Part shown: positions 1 through 9,707 of the stretch, piece by piece
Numbering within the stretch: the first letter of the stretch is position 1
Layout of the letters: the number at the start of each line of letters is the position of its first letter
NCBI GenBank assembly: GCA_038248695.1
Contig: JBBRXE010000001.1
Location: forward strand, 1,021 to 65,020
Reading direction: 5' to 3'
Length of the DNA stretch: 64,000 nt
Source: Candidatus Limnocylindria bacterium
GTDB lineage: Bacteria; Chloroflexota; Limnocylindria; QHBO01
Position numbers and translations under genes: made by a program
The notes under the pieces: generated by a model
Told to the model about the DNA's origin: nothing
Databases searched by the model: none
Seen by the model: the letters and a program-made list of their open reading frames with translations, nothing else

Positions 1-1
1 G

Positions 2-565
2 CAGGTGGTGTTGTCGATCGTCGCCGGCGCAACCCTTCGAGCCCTGGCGACGGGCTTGGGTCACGAAGCGGTGGTGCGCGCCATGCCGAACACGCCGGCG
101 CAGATCCGGCGCGGCATCACCGTCTGGTCGGCTTCCTCGGCATGCACGCCGGCGCAGCACGAACTGGCCCAGACGGTGCTGCGCGCACTGGGCGACGAGC
201 GCCAGGTGGCCGACGAAGAGTTCGTGGCGATGGCCACCGCCCTCTCCGGAACCGGGCCGACCTACCTGTTCGCGGTCATGGAGGCGCTCATCGACGCCGG
301 CGTGCACCTGGGCTTTCCTCGCGAGCTGGCGCACGACCTGGTGGCCGCCACGCTGCTCGGCTCGGCCGAGTTCGCGTCACGATCGGAGCTGCACCCGGCC
401 CAGCTGCGCAACGCGGTCACCTCGCCGGGAGGCACGAGCGCTGCCGCGATCTACGAGCTGGAGAAGGGACGCCTGCGCACCGTGCTGTCGGACGCCGTGT
501 GGGCCGCCTACCGTCGCACCCAGGAGCTCGGCGAGCGCCTCGAGCGCGAGACCGGGCCCGGCTGA
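2..565 (+). CDS. proC: Pyrroline-5-carboxylate reductase, C-terminal part (5' end outside window)
   Basis: ORF runs to the window edge. Translation matches the P5CR C-terminal dimerisation domain (…AMPNTPAQIRRGITVW…GTGPTYLF…SPGGTSAAAIYELEKG). The stop overlaps the next start (TGATG). Confidence 0.8.
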   Translation, partial: QVVLSIVAGATLRALATGLGHEAVVRAMPNTPAQIRRGITVWSASSACTPAQHELAQTVLRALGDERQVADEEFVAMATALSGTGPTYLFAVMEALIDAGVHLGFPRELAHDLVAATLLGSAEFASRSELHPAQLRNAVTSPGGTSAAAIYELEKGRLRTVLSDAVWAAYRRTQELGERLERETGPG

Positions 566-1635
566 TGTTCGCGATCATCATGGCCGGCGGCTCAGGGACT
601 CGGCTCTGGCCGCTGTCGCGCCGTAAGACCCCGAAGCAGCTCCTCAAACTGACCGGAGAGACGAGCCTGCTGCAGCAGAGCGTTGCCCGCATCTCACCGC
701 TGCTCGAGCCGCGGGACATCTTCGTCATCACCTCGCAGGCGCACGCCCGCGCGACCGCCGAACAACTGCCGCAGCTGCCGGCCGACAACGTCCTGGGCGA
801 GCCGCTGGCGCGCTCGACCGCCGTCGCCGCGGGACTGGCGACGGTCCTCGCCCGCCGCGACCCGGACGAGGTGGCGCTGGTGCTGCCGGCGGACCACTTC
901 GTCGCCGACGAGGAGTCCTTCGCCGACGCGCTGCGTGAGGCGGCGCGCATCGCGGAGCGCGGCTACCTGGTGACCCTCGGCGTGCCGCCGACCCACCCGG
1001 CGACCGGCTATGGGTACATCCAGGTCGCCGACCGACTTCATGACAGCAGTCCGAGCGCCCTCGTCAAGCGCTTTGTGGAGAAGCCGGATGCGGCGACCGC
1101 CACGAGGTTCGCCGACGAGGGCGGCTACCTGTGGAACGCCGGCATCTTCGTCTGGCGCTCGTATGTCTTCGGGCAGGCGATCACCCGCTATCAACCCGAG
1201 CTGGCCGCCGCGCTCGACCGGGTCGCTGCGCTGAATCGGACGCCCGGCTGGATGAGCGACGCGCGCGACATCCTGGAGCCGCTGCCGGCGATCAGCATCG
1301 ACGTCGGCATCGCCGAGCCGGCGGCCGCCGAGGGACGCATGGCGGTCGTGCCGCTCGACGCGGGCTGGTCGGACATCGGCTCGTGGTCGGCCCTGCTGGA
1401 GGCGCTGTCGGCCAGGGCCGGGACCGACATGATCGGCAGCGGACAGCATCTCGATCGCGGATCGCAGCGCATCCTGGTGCACGGCGGGGATCGACTGGTG
1501 GTGACTATCGGCCTGTCCGACGTGATCATCGTGGACACGCCGGATGCGCTGCTGGTGTGTGATCGCGACCGGGCGGAGGAGATCAAGCCGGTTCTCGACG
1601 AGATCGGCCGGAAGGCGGGCGACCGCTACCTGTGA
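565..1635 (+). CDS. manC: Mannose-1-phosphate guanylyltransferase (NDP-sugar pyrophosphorylase)
   Basis: In-frame ATG at 565 inside the long ORF 142..1635. N-terminus MFAIIMAGGSGTRLWPLSR…KQ is the nucleotidyltransferase G-loop, and …GYLWNAGIFVW is the typical ManC core. The upstream 142..564 part lies in another frame relative to proC and is spurious. Confidence 0.85.
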   Translation: MFAIIMAGGSGTRLWPLSRRKTPKQLLKLTGETSLLQQSVARISPLLEPRDIFVITSQAHARATAEQLPQLPADNVLGEPLARSTAVAAGLATVLARRDPDEVALVLPADHFVADEESFADALREAARIAERGYLVTLGVPPTHPATGYGYIQVADRLHDSSPSALVKRFVEKPDAATATRFADEGGYLWNAGIFVWRSYVFGQAITRYQPELAAALDRVAALNRTPGWMSDARDILEPLPAISIDVGIAEPAAAEGRMAVVPLDAGWSDIGSWSALLEALSARAGTDMIGSGQHLDRGSQRILVHGGDRLVVTIGLSDVIIVDTPDALLVCDRDRAEEIKPVLDEIGRKAGDRYL

Positions 1636-2270
1636 GCGATGCGGCCGGCGTCCGCTTCGGCTGGCTGGCGCAGCTGTTCGGCCTAGCCCTGGCGCTTTAC
1701 GTCCGGCTCGTGGCCGCAACCTGCCGCGTCTCCGGCTCGGTCAGCCACGATCAGGTCGTGCTCGCCTTCTGGCACGAATTCAACCTCGTCGCGCTGGTCG
1801 TCTCGATGAAGGGCCGGCCGGATCTGCATCACGCCTCGTTCTCGACCCAGGGGTTCCGCGGCGTGGTGATCACCACGCTGCTGCGGCGCACGCGCGCGGG
1901 GGTACACGTCGTCCCGCTGCCGTCCGAGAACGATCGAGCCGCGGCCCGCGACTTCTCGCTGCGCATGGCGGCGCTGGGGCGTGAGGGACGCTCGCTGGTG
2001 GTGACGCCCGATGGGCCTTTCGGCCCGTATCGAGTCGCCAAGCCGGGCACGCTCATCATCGCGCGCGCCTCCGGCCTGGCGATCCTGCCATGGGCCGTCA
2101 GCGCCCGACCGTCGTTCCGCCTCGCCCGCCGATGGGATCACCAGATCGTGCCGCTGCCCTTCTGTCGCATGCGGCTGGTCGAGGGCGCGGTAATGCGCGT
2201 CGAGCCGCGCGAGCGTCTTTCGCCGCGGCTGGGGGCGCTGCAGGCAGCGCTCGATGCGATATCCCGCTGA
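1632..2270 (+). CDS. DUF374 / lysophospholipid acyltransferase (LPLAT)-superfamily protein
   Basis: ATGA overlap with manC. The N-terminus is hydrophobic and the sequence carries conserved HEFNL… and PDGPFGP motifs typical of DUF374 acyltransferase-like proteins. Confidence 0.65.
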   Translation: MSDAAGVRFGWLAQLFGLALALYVRLVAATCRVSGSVSHDQVVLAFWHEFNLVALVVSMKGRPDLHHASFSTQGFRGVVITTLLRRTRAGVHVVPLPSENDRAAARDFSLRMAALGREGRSLVVTPDGPFGPYRVAKPGTLIIARASGLAILPWAVSARPSFRLARRWDHQIVPLPFCRMRLVEGAVMRVEPRERLSPRLGALQAALDAISR

Positions 2271-3777
2271 TGAGCCGGCTACTGAACGTCAGCGATCTTC
2301 GACCGGTTACCATGGCCGAGTGAGCAAAATCAAGTTCGGGACCGACGGTTGGCGTGCCGCGATCGCCGAGGAATACACCTTCCACAATGTGCGGCGCTGT
2401 GCCCGCGGCGTCGCCGAGTACCTGCAGCAGGCCGGTACCGCCGACCGAGGCGTGGTGGTGGCGCACGATCGTCGCTTTGCATCCGAATTCTTCGCCCGCG
2501 CCTGCGTTGAGGTGTTGGCGGCGCACGATATTCGCTCATTCACCCCGCCTGAAACGGTGCCCACCCAGGTCGGCAGCTTCTTCACCCGCGAGATGAGCGC
2601 GGGCGCCGGGATCGTCATCACCGCCAGCCACAACCCGTGGACCGACAATGGCTTCAAGGTCAAGGCGGATACCGGCGGTGCCGCCGCACCGGAGATGCTC
2701 GAGGCCATCGAGGCGACCATGAACCTGCATGGCGAGGATGAGCTGCCGCCGCGCCGCGACTGGGACGATGCGGTGCAGGCGGGGCTGGTCGAGTCGTTCG
2801 ATCCGTACCCGCGCTTCCGCGAGCAGTTGGGCAGCATCGTCGACATCGAGAGGATTCGCGCCGCGGACAAGCGCCTGCTGGTCGAACCGCTGTACGGCAG
2901 TGGCGCGGGTTGGTTCACGCGTCTGCTGGGCGACGGCCGCCTGACGGTGCGCGAGCTGCACACCGAGCGCAATCCGTTCTTCGGCGGTGTAAATCCGGAG
3001 CCCATTCGCCCCAATATCGACGAGTGGCTCGCCGAGATTCCGCGCTGGGGCGCCGACATCGGTATCGCGTTGGACGGGGATGCCGATCGCGTGGGCATGG
3101 CGACCGAGCAGGGCGTCTTCGTCAACCAGCTACAGGTCTTCGGGCTGCTGTACTGGTACCTGCTCGAGGTGCGCAATCAGATCGGCCCCGCCGTGTATAC
3201 CGTCACCAACACATCGATGGCCAAGAAGCTGGCCGAGATCTACGGCACGCAGGCGTATGAGACCGGTGTCGGCTTCAAGTTTGTAGGACCCAAGATGATC
3301 GAGACGAACGCGGTCATCGGCGGCGAGGAATCCGGTGGCTTTGGCTTCGGGATGCACCTCCCGGAGCGCGACGGGATTGCGTCGGGCCTCTTCCTGCTCG
3401 ACCTGTGGTTGACGAAGGGCAAGCAGGCGTCGGAGGTGCTGGCTGAGCTCCAGGCGCTGGCAGGGCCGAGCTACTACAACCGCATCGACATCCGCTTCGC
3501 GCGCGAAGGCTACGACGCCGTCAAGGCCGATATCCTGGCGCACCTGGCGCAGGAGGCACCGGATTCCCTGGCCGGACGTCCAGTGGTCGAACGCAAGGTC
3601 CTCGACACCGGTGACGGCTACAAGTTCTACCGCGACGATGGGTCGTGGCTGCTGATCCGCTTCAGCGGCACGGAGGCGCTGCTGCGCATCTATACCGAGG
3701 CCGCATCGCTGGAGGACGTCGAGTCGATGCTCGACGCGGGCCGCCGCATCGCCCAGCAGCCGGCAACGCCCGGATGA
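2254..3777 (+). CDS. manB: Phosphomannomutase/phosphoglucomutase (alpha-D-phosphohexomutase family)
   Basis: …ITASHNPWTDNGFKV… is the phosphoserine loop, and …GIALDGDADRVG… and …GGEESGGFGF… are the metal and sugar-binding loops. Start is uncertain: an alternative in-frame GTG lies at 2320 (VSKIKFGTDGWR). Confidence 0.85.
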   Translation: MRYPADEPATERQRSSTGYHGRVSKIKFGTDGWRAAIAEEYTFHNVRRCARGVAEYLQQAGTADRGVVVAHDRRFASEFFARACVEVLAAHDIRSFTPPETVPTQVGSFFTREMSAGAGIVITASHNPWTDNGFKVKADTGGAAAPEMLEAIEATMNLHGEDELPPRRDWDDAVQAGLVESFDPYPRFREQLGSIVDIERIRAADKRLLVEPLYGSGAGWFTRLLGDGRLTVRELHTERNPFFGGVNPEPIRPNIDEWLAEIPRWGADIGIALDGDADRVGMATEQGVFVNQLQVFGLLYWYLLEVRNQIGPAVYTVTNTSMAKKLAEIYGTQAYETGVGFKFVGPKMIETNAVIGGEESGGFGFGMHLPERDGIASGLFLLDLWLTKGKQASEVLAELQALAGPSYYNRIDIRFAREGYDAVKADILAHLAQEAPDSLAGRPVVERKVLDTGDGYKFYRDDGSWLLIRFSGTEALLRIYTEAASLEDVESMLDAGRRIAQQPATPG

Positions 3778-4946
3778 CCGACGCGCGCGATTTCTTCGGC
3801 TACAAGTCGTCCGAGGATGAGCCAGGACACCGGCTTGAGGCCGAGGACGACGAGGAGCTCGCTCCACCCCAGCTCGACGAGGCGATCACGCTCGACGATC
3901 CGGCGGTCCTCAAGAAGATCGATCCGTCCGACATGCTCGGACGGGTGTTCGACCTGCCGCGCCAGTTAGGGCAGGCACAGCACGTGGCGGCCGGCCTCGT
4001 GCTCGAGCCGCGACACCGAGACGTCGATGCGGTCCTCGTTCTGGCCATGGGCGGCAGCGCCATCGGCGCCGAGCTGGTGGAGGCCGCCGCCGGCGAGCGT
4101 CTGCGCGTGCCGCTGGTGGTGCATCGCGGCTACGGCCTACCGGCCTGGGCCAACGAGCGGACGTTGGTGATCGCGACCAGCCATTCAGGCGCGACCGTCG
4201 AGACGCTGAGCGGTGCGGAGGAGGCCGTGCGCCGGAGGCTGCCGCTGGTGGTGATCAGCACCGGTGGCAGGCTCGGTCAGCTCGCCGTCGGCGCGGACCT
4301 GCCGTTGCTGCGTTACGAGCTGGCCGGCCAGCCGCGCGCCGCCGTCGGTTTCGGAGCAGGACTCATCCACGAGCTGCTCTCCACGGCAGGTCTGCTGGCC
4401 GAGCCGGATGGGCTCGACGAGGTCATCGAGGCGCTCGAGGAGCTGTTGGAGCGCAATGCGCCATCGGTCGAAACCGACGAGAACCTCGCCAAGCAGTTGG
4501 CCTGGTCGCTCTTTGGCCGCATTCCGGTGATCTACGGCGCCGGGCCGATGACCGCGGTGGCGCACCGCTGGAAGACGCAGCTCAACGAGAATGCCAAGGC
4601 GTGGGCCTCCTATGAGCCCATGCCGGAGGCGAACCATAATGCCATCGAGGGGTCGCTGAACCCACGCGAGCTGGGCGATGCGCCGTACGTCGTCGAGCTG
4701 CGTGACCGCGAGGAACCGGCGGAGATCGCGGCGCGCTACGCGGCTGTGGAGGAGCTGCTCGGCGAGCGGGCGACCAACCGCAGCACGGTCTGGGCCGAGG
4801 GACCGTCGCGCCTGGCGCGGGTACTGACCAGCGTCGCGTACGGCGACCTGGTAAGCGTCTACCTGGCGATCCTCTACCAGACTGACCCGACCCCGGTTAC
4901 ACTGTTGGCAATGCTGAAAGAGCGGCTCGCCAGAGCAACCGACTGA
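3774..4946 (+). CDS. Bifunctional phosphoglucose/phosphomannose isomerase (SIS-domain, archaeal-type PGI/PMI)
   Basis: ATGA overlap with manB at 3774 (MTDARDFFGYK…). The SIS fold is indicated by …LAMGGSAIGAELV… and …VIATSHSGATVETL…. The C-terminal half matches the bifunctional PGI/PMI family. Confidence 0.8.
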   Translation: MTDARDFFGYKSSEDEPGHRLEAEDDEELAPPQLDEAITLDDPAVLKKIDPSDMLGRVFDLPRQLGQAQHVAAGLVLEPRHRDVDAVLVLAMGGSAIGAELVEAAAGERLRVPLVVHRGYGLPAWANERTLVIATSHSGATVETLSGAEEAVRRRLPLVVISTGGRLGQLAVGADLPLLRYELAGQPRAAVGFGAGLIHELLSTAGLLAEPDGLDEVIEALEELLERNAPSVETDENLAKQLAWSLFGRIPVIYGAGPMTAVAHRWKTQLNENAKAWASYEPMPEANHNAIEGSLNPRELGDAPYVVELRDREEPAEIAARYAAVEELLGERATNRSTVWAEGPSRLARVLTSVAYGDLVSVYLAILYQTDPTPVTLLAMLKERLARATD

Positions 4947-4995
4947 CGGGCGCCCAACGTAGTGGGCGCCGGGTTCGGCGCCCAGGAGGAGCGAC

Positions 4996-5289
4996 GTGCA
5001 TTCGAGCATGATCGGCAAGGTCGAGAAGGCGATGCGCTACGCGCACGAGCCGGATCGAGTGCGGATTCAGCGTTTCGAGGCCACTTTCGGCGGCGACAAC
5101 GGCAGTCATCGAGTCTCCCTGGACCAGGACGCCTGGCACTGCGAATGCCATCTCTTCGAAGCGGCGGGCGGCTGCATCCACACCCTTGCGCTCCAGAAGA
5201 TGCTCGATCCGATGCTGACCGATGCCCAGCGCGAGACGTCGCTGTACGAGCACGTCGAGCCCTCGGCCGAGGAGGCCATTCCCGTCTGA
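4996..5289 (+). CDS. Small SWIM-type zinc-finger protein (hypothetical)
   Basis: GTG start is preceded by AGGAGG (4985-4990) with 5 nt spacing. The motif WHCECHLFEAAGGCIH fits a SWIM CxCxnCxH zinc finger. Confidence 0.5.
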   Translation: MHSSMIGKVEKAMRYAHEPDRVRIQRFEATFGGDNGSHRVSLDQDAWHCECHLFEAAGGCIHTLALQKMLDPMLTDAQRETSLYEHVEPSAEEAIPV

Positions 5290-5324
5290 GCGACTCCGCC
5301 TGGGGCCGCGTCTGAGCCCACCCG

Positions 5325-5505
5325 GTGGTACGATCCGGGCGTTACCAACTGAAGACCGCGTCGGGTGCCGTCGCCGAAAGGCCGACGGGCAATTGGAGAA
5401 GCCGGTGAGAAGCCGGCGCAGTCCCGCTACTGTATCCGCGCCATGACCAGCGACATCGTCGCCGGTCACGAGCACGGGAGTCAGGTCGCCAGCCCGCACG
5501 CGATG
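5325..5505 (+). promoter_or_regulatory. Cobalamin (AdoCbl) riboswitch upstream of the btuF-like gene
   Basis: B12-box core GGAGAAGCCGGTGAGAAGCCGGCGCAGTCCCGCTACTGT (about 5394-5432) closely matches the Rfam cobalamin consensus GGGAAGCCGGTGAGAATCCGGCGCGGTCCCGCCACTGT. A 3' element GGGAGTCAGGTCGCC is also present. It sits directly 5' of a B12/siderophore-type ABC importer. Confidence 0.75.
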
Positions 5506-5540
5506 TCCACCACCCTCGCGTGAAAGGGAACGGCATCAGC

Positions 5541-6515
5541 ATGACCCCTCGTCTTCGACCTCTCCTCGTGCTTCTTGGCCTGCTATTGGCTGCCTGCCAG
5601 CCGGCACCTCCCTCCAGCATTTCGCCGACAGCGACGGATCGCGTCAGCGCATCGGCCACCCGGAGCGCAGCCGCCTCCGCCTACCCACTCAGTCTCACCG
5701 ACGACGTCGGCCGCACGGTCAGCTTGGCGTCCGAGCCGCGCAGGATCGTGAGCCTCGCTCCGTCGAATACCGAGATCGTCTGCGCGCTCGACGCCTGCGA
5801 CGAACTCGTGGGCGTGACCGATTTCGACGCCTACCCGGCGCAGGTCACGGACATCCCGAAGGTCGTCGTGCAGGCCGTCCCCGATGTCGAAAAGATCGTC
5901 GCCGCGATGCCGGACCTGGTCCTGGCCGCGGGGAATCATCAGACGCCGCAGGGGGTTCTGGACCAGTTCGACCAGCTGAAGATCCCGTACCTGATCCTCT
6001 ATCCGGACAGCCTCGAGGGGATCTATGCCGACATCGAATTGGTCGGCCGTGCCCTGGGCGCCACCGAGCAGGCGACCTCGCTGGGCGCCGAGATGCGCAC
6101 CGACGCACAGGCCATCGAGGATCGCGTCGCGAATGCCGCCCGACCGAGTGTCTTCTACGAGGTGAGCGTCTACCAGGGCGTCATCTACGGTGCGGGAAGG
6201 GACTCCTTCCTGGCGTCAATGATCGAGCTGGCTGGCGGCAAGCCGGTGGTTGGCGACGCCACCGGAGTCATCCAGCTCGAGGACCTGGTGGCGGCCGACC
6301 CAGACCTGATCCTGCTCGGCGACGCCGCCTACGACCCGTCGGTGACCGCGATGTCAGTGGCCGCGCGCAGCGGCTGGGGCCAGATGACGGCGGTGACTCA
6401 GCAGGCCGTCAAGCCGATGCCGGACGATCTGATCATCACCAGGCCCGGTCCGCGCATCATCGGCGGGCTCAAAGCACTGGCCAAGGCAATCCACCCCGAG
6501 AGCTTTGGTGGCTGA
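5541..6515 (+). CDS. ABC transporter periplasmic substrate-binding lipoprotein, BtuF/FhuD (cobalamin/Fe3+-siderophore) class
   Basis: Lipoprotein signal (LLVLLGLLLAAC). …RIVSLAPSNTEIVCAL… and …GVTDFDAYP… are typical of PF01497 periplasmic binding proteins. The riboswitch lies upstream. The ORF track begins at GTG 5520; ATG 5541 is the more likely start. Confidence 0.85.
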   Translation: MTPRLRPLLVLLGLLLAACQPAPPSSISPTATDRVSASATRSAAASAYPLSLTDDVGRTVSLASEPRRIVSLAPSNTEIVCALDACDELVGVTDFDAYPAQVTDIPKVVVQAVPDVEKIVAAMPDLVLAAGNHQTPQGVLDQFDQLKIPYLILYPDSLEGIYADIELVGRALGATEQATSLGAEMRTDAQAIEDRVANAARPSVFYEVSVYQGVIYGAGRDSFLASMIELAGGKPVVGDATGVIQLEDLVAADPDLILLGDAAYDPSVTAMSVAARSGWGQMTAVTQQAVKPMPDDLIITRPGPRIIGGLKALAKAIHPESFGG

Positions 6516-7626
6516 GGCCGGTGGACGCATGCGGACCGCCGCAGCTCCGGCGATTCGCGTGGGCATTGGTGGCCCATCGCTGACCCGCGCGGCGCTGGTG
6601 CTCGGCGTTGGGGCGCTGTTGTTGGCGATCGTCCTGGTCGCCGCAGTGGCGCTCGGCAGCGTGGGGGTCAGCCTCGACGACACGGCGCGGATCCTGGGCC
6701 GCAGGCTGCTCGGCTTGCCGTTGGCGCAGACGTGGAGTCCCAGCGCCGAGACGATCATCTTCGACCTGCGCCTGCCGCGCGTCCTGACCGCCATGCTGGT
6801 CGGCGCCGGCCTGGGAAGCGCGGGCACCGTCTTCCAGGCCGTGCTGCGTAATCCGATGGCCGATCCGTACCTCATCGGCACCGCCGCCGGCGCATCGCTG
6901 GGGGCCATCACCGGCATCCTCGCCCCGATGCTGCTCCCGACGCTGGCGATCGGCGCGGGCACGGCCTGGCTGGGGATCGGCCTGGTGCAGGTCCTCGCCT
7001 TCAGCGGCGGACTGCTGACCGTGATGCTCGTCTACAGCGTCGCCCGCCGCGGCGGCACGGTGCACGTCGTCACCCTGCTGCTGACCGGCTACGCCGTCTC
7101 CTCGATCCTGGCCGCGGGCGTGGCGATGCTCATGTTCCTCTCCGGGCGAGCGCTCGGCGCCGTCTTCGCCTGGCTGATGGGCTCGCTGGCCGGCGCCTCG
7201 TGGACGAGCCTGGCGTTCGCCACGCCACTCGTGCTCCTCAGCTTCGTCCTGCTGATGGCCCGATGGCGGCGGCTGAACCTGCTCCTGCTTGGCGATGGCG
7301 CGGCTGCGCACCTGGGCGTCGATGTCGAACGTGAGAAGCTGGTGCTGACCGGCCTGGCCACGCTGGCGACCTCGGCCGTGGTGGCCATCTCCGGGACGAT
7401 TGGCTTCGTCGGGCTGGTCGTGCCGCATGTCCTGCGCCTGGCAATCGGGCCGGACCACCGGCTGCTGCTGCCGTCCTCAGTGCTATTCGGTGCTTCGCTG
7501 CTGGCCCTCGCCGACCTCGGCGCGCGACTGGCGGGTGGCATCCCGGTCGGCATCGTCACCGCCCTGATCGGCGCGCCGTTCTTCCTGTGGCTCCTGCGCC
7601 GGGCTCGGACGCCGTTGATGCCATGA
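6505..7626 (+). CDS. FecCD-family ABC permease (BtuC-like)
   Basis: Polytopic membrane protein with FecCD/BtuC signature regions (…LRLPRVLTAMLVGAGLG…, …GPDHRLLLPSSVLFGASLLALADL…). Alternative start ATG 6529. Confidence 0.85.
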   Translation: MVAEAGGRMRTAAAPAIRVGIGGPSLTRAALVLGVGALLLAIVLVAAVALGSVGVSLDDTARILGRRLLGLPLAQTWSPSAETIIFDLRLPRVLTAMLVGAGLGSAGTVFQAVLRNPMADPYLIGTAAGASLGAITGILAPMLLPTLAIGAGTAWLGIGLVQVLAFSGGLLTVMLVYSVARRGGTVHVVTLLLTGYAVSSILAAGVAMLMFLSGRALGAVFAWLMGSLAGASWTSLAFATPLVLLSFVLLMARWRRLNLLLLGDGAAAHLGVDVEREKLVLTGLATLATSAVVAISGTIGFVGLVVPHVLRLAIGPDHRLLLPSSVLFGASLLALADLGARLAGGIPVGIVTALIGAPFFLWLLRRARTPLMP

Positions 7627-8417
7627 GCACGCCGAGGCGCGACGCGCTGCTCGCCGTGGACGGCGTCCACTTCGACTACGGCCGCCGCTCGGTCCTGCGC
7701 GGAGCCGCACTCCGTGTCGAGCGCGGTGAGCTGGTCGCACTGCTCGGCACGAACGGCAGTGGCAAGACGACGCTGCTGCGCCTGATCGCCGGGACGCTCA
7801 CGCCCGACGCGGGCGAAGTGCGGTTCCACGGGCGGGCGGTGGTCGAGTGGCGTCGCGCCGCACTGGCGCGACACGTCGCGGTCCTGCCGCAGCGACTGGA
7901 GCTGCCATCCGGTTTCCACGTCGCCGAGCTGGTCGAGATGGGCCGTGCGCCACATGCCACGCGCCTGTTCGGCGCCAGCGCCGCGGACGAGGTCGCGGTC
8001 GAACGCGCGCTGATCGACGCCGATGCGCTGGAGCTCGCCCATCGGTCCATTGACGAACTCTCGGGGGGCGAGCGACAACGCGTGCTGGTTGCCATGGCTC
8101 TCGCCCAGGAGCCGGAGCTACTGCTACTCGACGAGCCGACCCTGCACCTGGACGTGGCGCACCAGCTGGCGCTGCTGACCACCATCGGCCGGCTGCGTCG
8201 GGTGCGCAATCTGACCGTCGTGGCGGTGCTCCACGATCTCGGCATGGCCGCCGCGTTCGCGCCGCGCGTGGCGGTCCTGGATCAGGGTCGCGTGGTCGGC
8301 GAGGGATCGCCCGCAACGGTGCTGACGCCCGCGCTGGTACGCCGCGTCTTCGGCGTCGAGATCGACGAGGCGCGCACCGCCGATGGCCAACGCCACCTCG
8401 TTCTGCGACCGGGCTGA
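7623..8417 (+). CDS. ABC transporter ATP-binding protein (BtuD/FecE-like)
   Basis: ATGA overlap with the permease. Walker A GTNGSGKTTLL, signature LSGGERQRV, Walker B LLLLDEP. Confidence 0.85.
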   Translation: MSTPRRDALLAVDGVHFDYGRRSVLRGAALRVERGELVALLGTNGSGKTTLLRLIAGTLTPDAGEVRFHGRAVVEWRRAALARHVAVLPQRLELPSGFHVAELVEMGRAPHATRLFGASAADEVAVERALIDADALELAHRSIDELSGGERQRVLVAMALAQEPELLLLDEPTLHLDVAHQLALLTTIGRLRRVRNLTVVAVLHDLGMAAAFAPRVAVLDQGRVVGEGSPATVLTPALVRRVFGVEIDEARTADGQRHLVLRPG

Positions 8418-8420
8418 GGC

Positions 8421-9707
8421 TCAGGCCTCCGCGTCACCCCGTTCCGGGCGATCGGAATGCTCATCGACGCTGAGCTGCAGCTCCTCCGTGCCGTCCGGCC
8501 GCAGCGAGCGGTGGACGTGGATGGATGGATGCGTCTCGTCACCGACCTGGTCCTTCTCGACGCGGACCATGGTGTGGTCTTCGACGTTTTCGAGCCGTTC
8601 GCGCTCGGGGAGCGAGGCGTTCGGCACCGCCGACTCGAGCATGTAGTTGACGAACACGTTGATGACGGCGATGACCGGGATGCCGAACAGCGCGCCCCAG
8701 ACCCCGGCGACCTGCGATCCAACGAGCAGGGCGACGAGGACGAGTATCGGATGCATGCCCAGCGCGTCGCGCATCAGCTTTGGCTGCAGCCAGTTGATGA
8801 CCACCGTCTGCACCGCCACGAGGATGATGGTGATCACCAGGAACCACTCGGGCGTGTAGATCCAGGCGGAGACTATCGGCGGGATGAGCGCCAGCGGCGG
8901 GCCGAAGAACGGGATCAGCATGGCGAGCGCCGACAGCGTGCCGATCAGGAACAGGTAGGGCATCCCGAAGACCGTGCCGATGACCGCCACCAGGACCGCC
9001 TGCACCAACGCCAGGATGATCTGCGCGCGCAGGAAGCCACCGAAGGCGCGTGCCACGCTGCGCTCGAACATGCTGAGCTCGTCGGTGTAGCGGCGCGGCA
9101 CCATGCGGCCGATCTTGGCAAGGATCCGTTCGCTGTCCATCAGCATGTAGAGCGACAGGATCAGGATCAGGACCAGCGAGCCGATGGTGGCGATGGTGGC
9201 ACCCGCGATCGACTGTGCCTGGGAGAAGATCGCGTCGCCAAGGTTGCTGACCTGCGCCTGCGCCGACTGGTAGATCGCCACGAGGTTGATATCGAGGCGG
9301 TCCAGCTGCAGCGACTGCTGCCAATCAGCCAGGGTCTGCTGGATCCTCACCGATGTCTGTGGGAACTCGCCGGTCAGGTTGCTGACCTGCTGGCTGATTG
9401 CTGCGCCGGTGGTGAACAGGGCGAAGCCGAGCGCCACCAGGGTGATCGCATAGGTGATGCCCACCACCGCCGGACGCGTGATGGGCAGGACATCGTCGAG
9501 CAGGCGCACGCCTGGCGAGAGGACGAAGGCCAGCAACCAGGCCAGGAACAGGACGAGGAAGATCTGGCTGAAGCCGCCGAGCACGTCGAGCATGACACGC
9601 AGCAACAGGATCCCGACATACAGCGACGCCAGGATCAGGAAGATGAGCAGCCAGCGCCGCTCTCGCGAGCCCAGTCCGCCCAGCAGGGTCGGAGGCTCGC
9701 CGGCCAT
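8421..9707 (-). CDS. AI-2E family transporter (PerM/UPF0118)
   Basis: Eight-TM profile with AI-2E conserved blocks (…FGGFLRAQIILALVQ…, …LIGTLSALAMLIPFFGP…). Its start overlaps the trpS stop. Confidence 0.8.
   Translation of the reverse strand: MAGEPPTLLGGLGSRERRWLLIFLILASLYVGILLLRVMLDVLGGFSQIFLVLFLAWLLAFVLSPGVRLLDDVLPITRPAVVGITYAITLVALGFALFTTGAAISQQVSNLTGEFPQTSVRIQQTLADWQQSLQLDRLDINLVAIYQSAQAQVSNLGDAIFSQAQSIAGATIATIGSLVLILILSLYMLMDSERILAKIGRMVPRRYTDELSMFERSVARAFGGFLRAQIILALVQAVLVAVIGTVFGMPYLFLIGTLSALAMLIPFFGPPLALIPPIVSAWIYTPEWFLVITIILVAVQTVVINWLQPKLMRDALGMHPILVLVALLVGSQVAGVWGALFGIPVIAVINVFVNYMLESAVPNASLPERERLENVEDHTMVRVEKDQVGDETHPSIHVHRSLRPDGTEELQLSVDEHSDRPERGDAEA

Noticed and set aside
142-564. 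N-terminal 141 codons of the 497-aa ORF 142..1635
   Set aside because: This segment runs through proC in a different frame and is Arg/Gly/Ala-rich junk. The real manC starts at ATG 565, where the nucleotidyltransferase G-loop begins.
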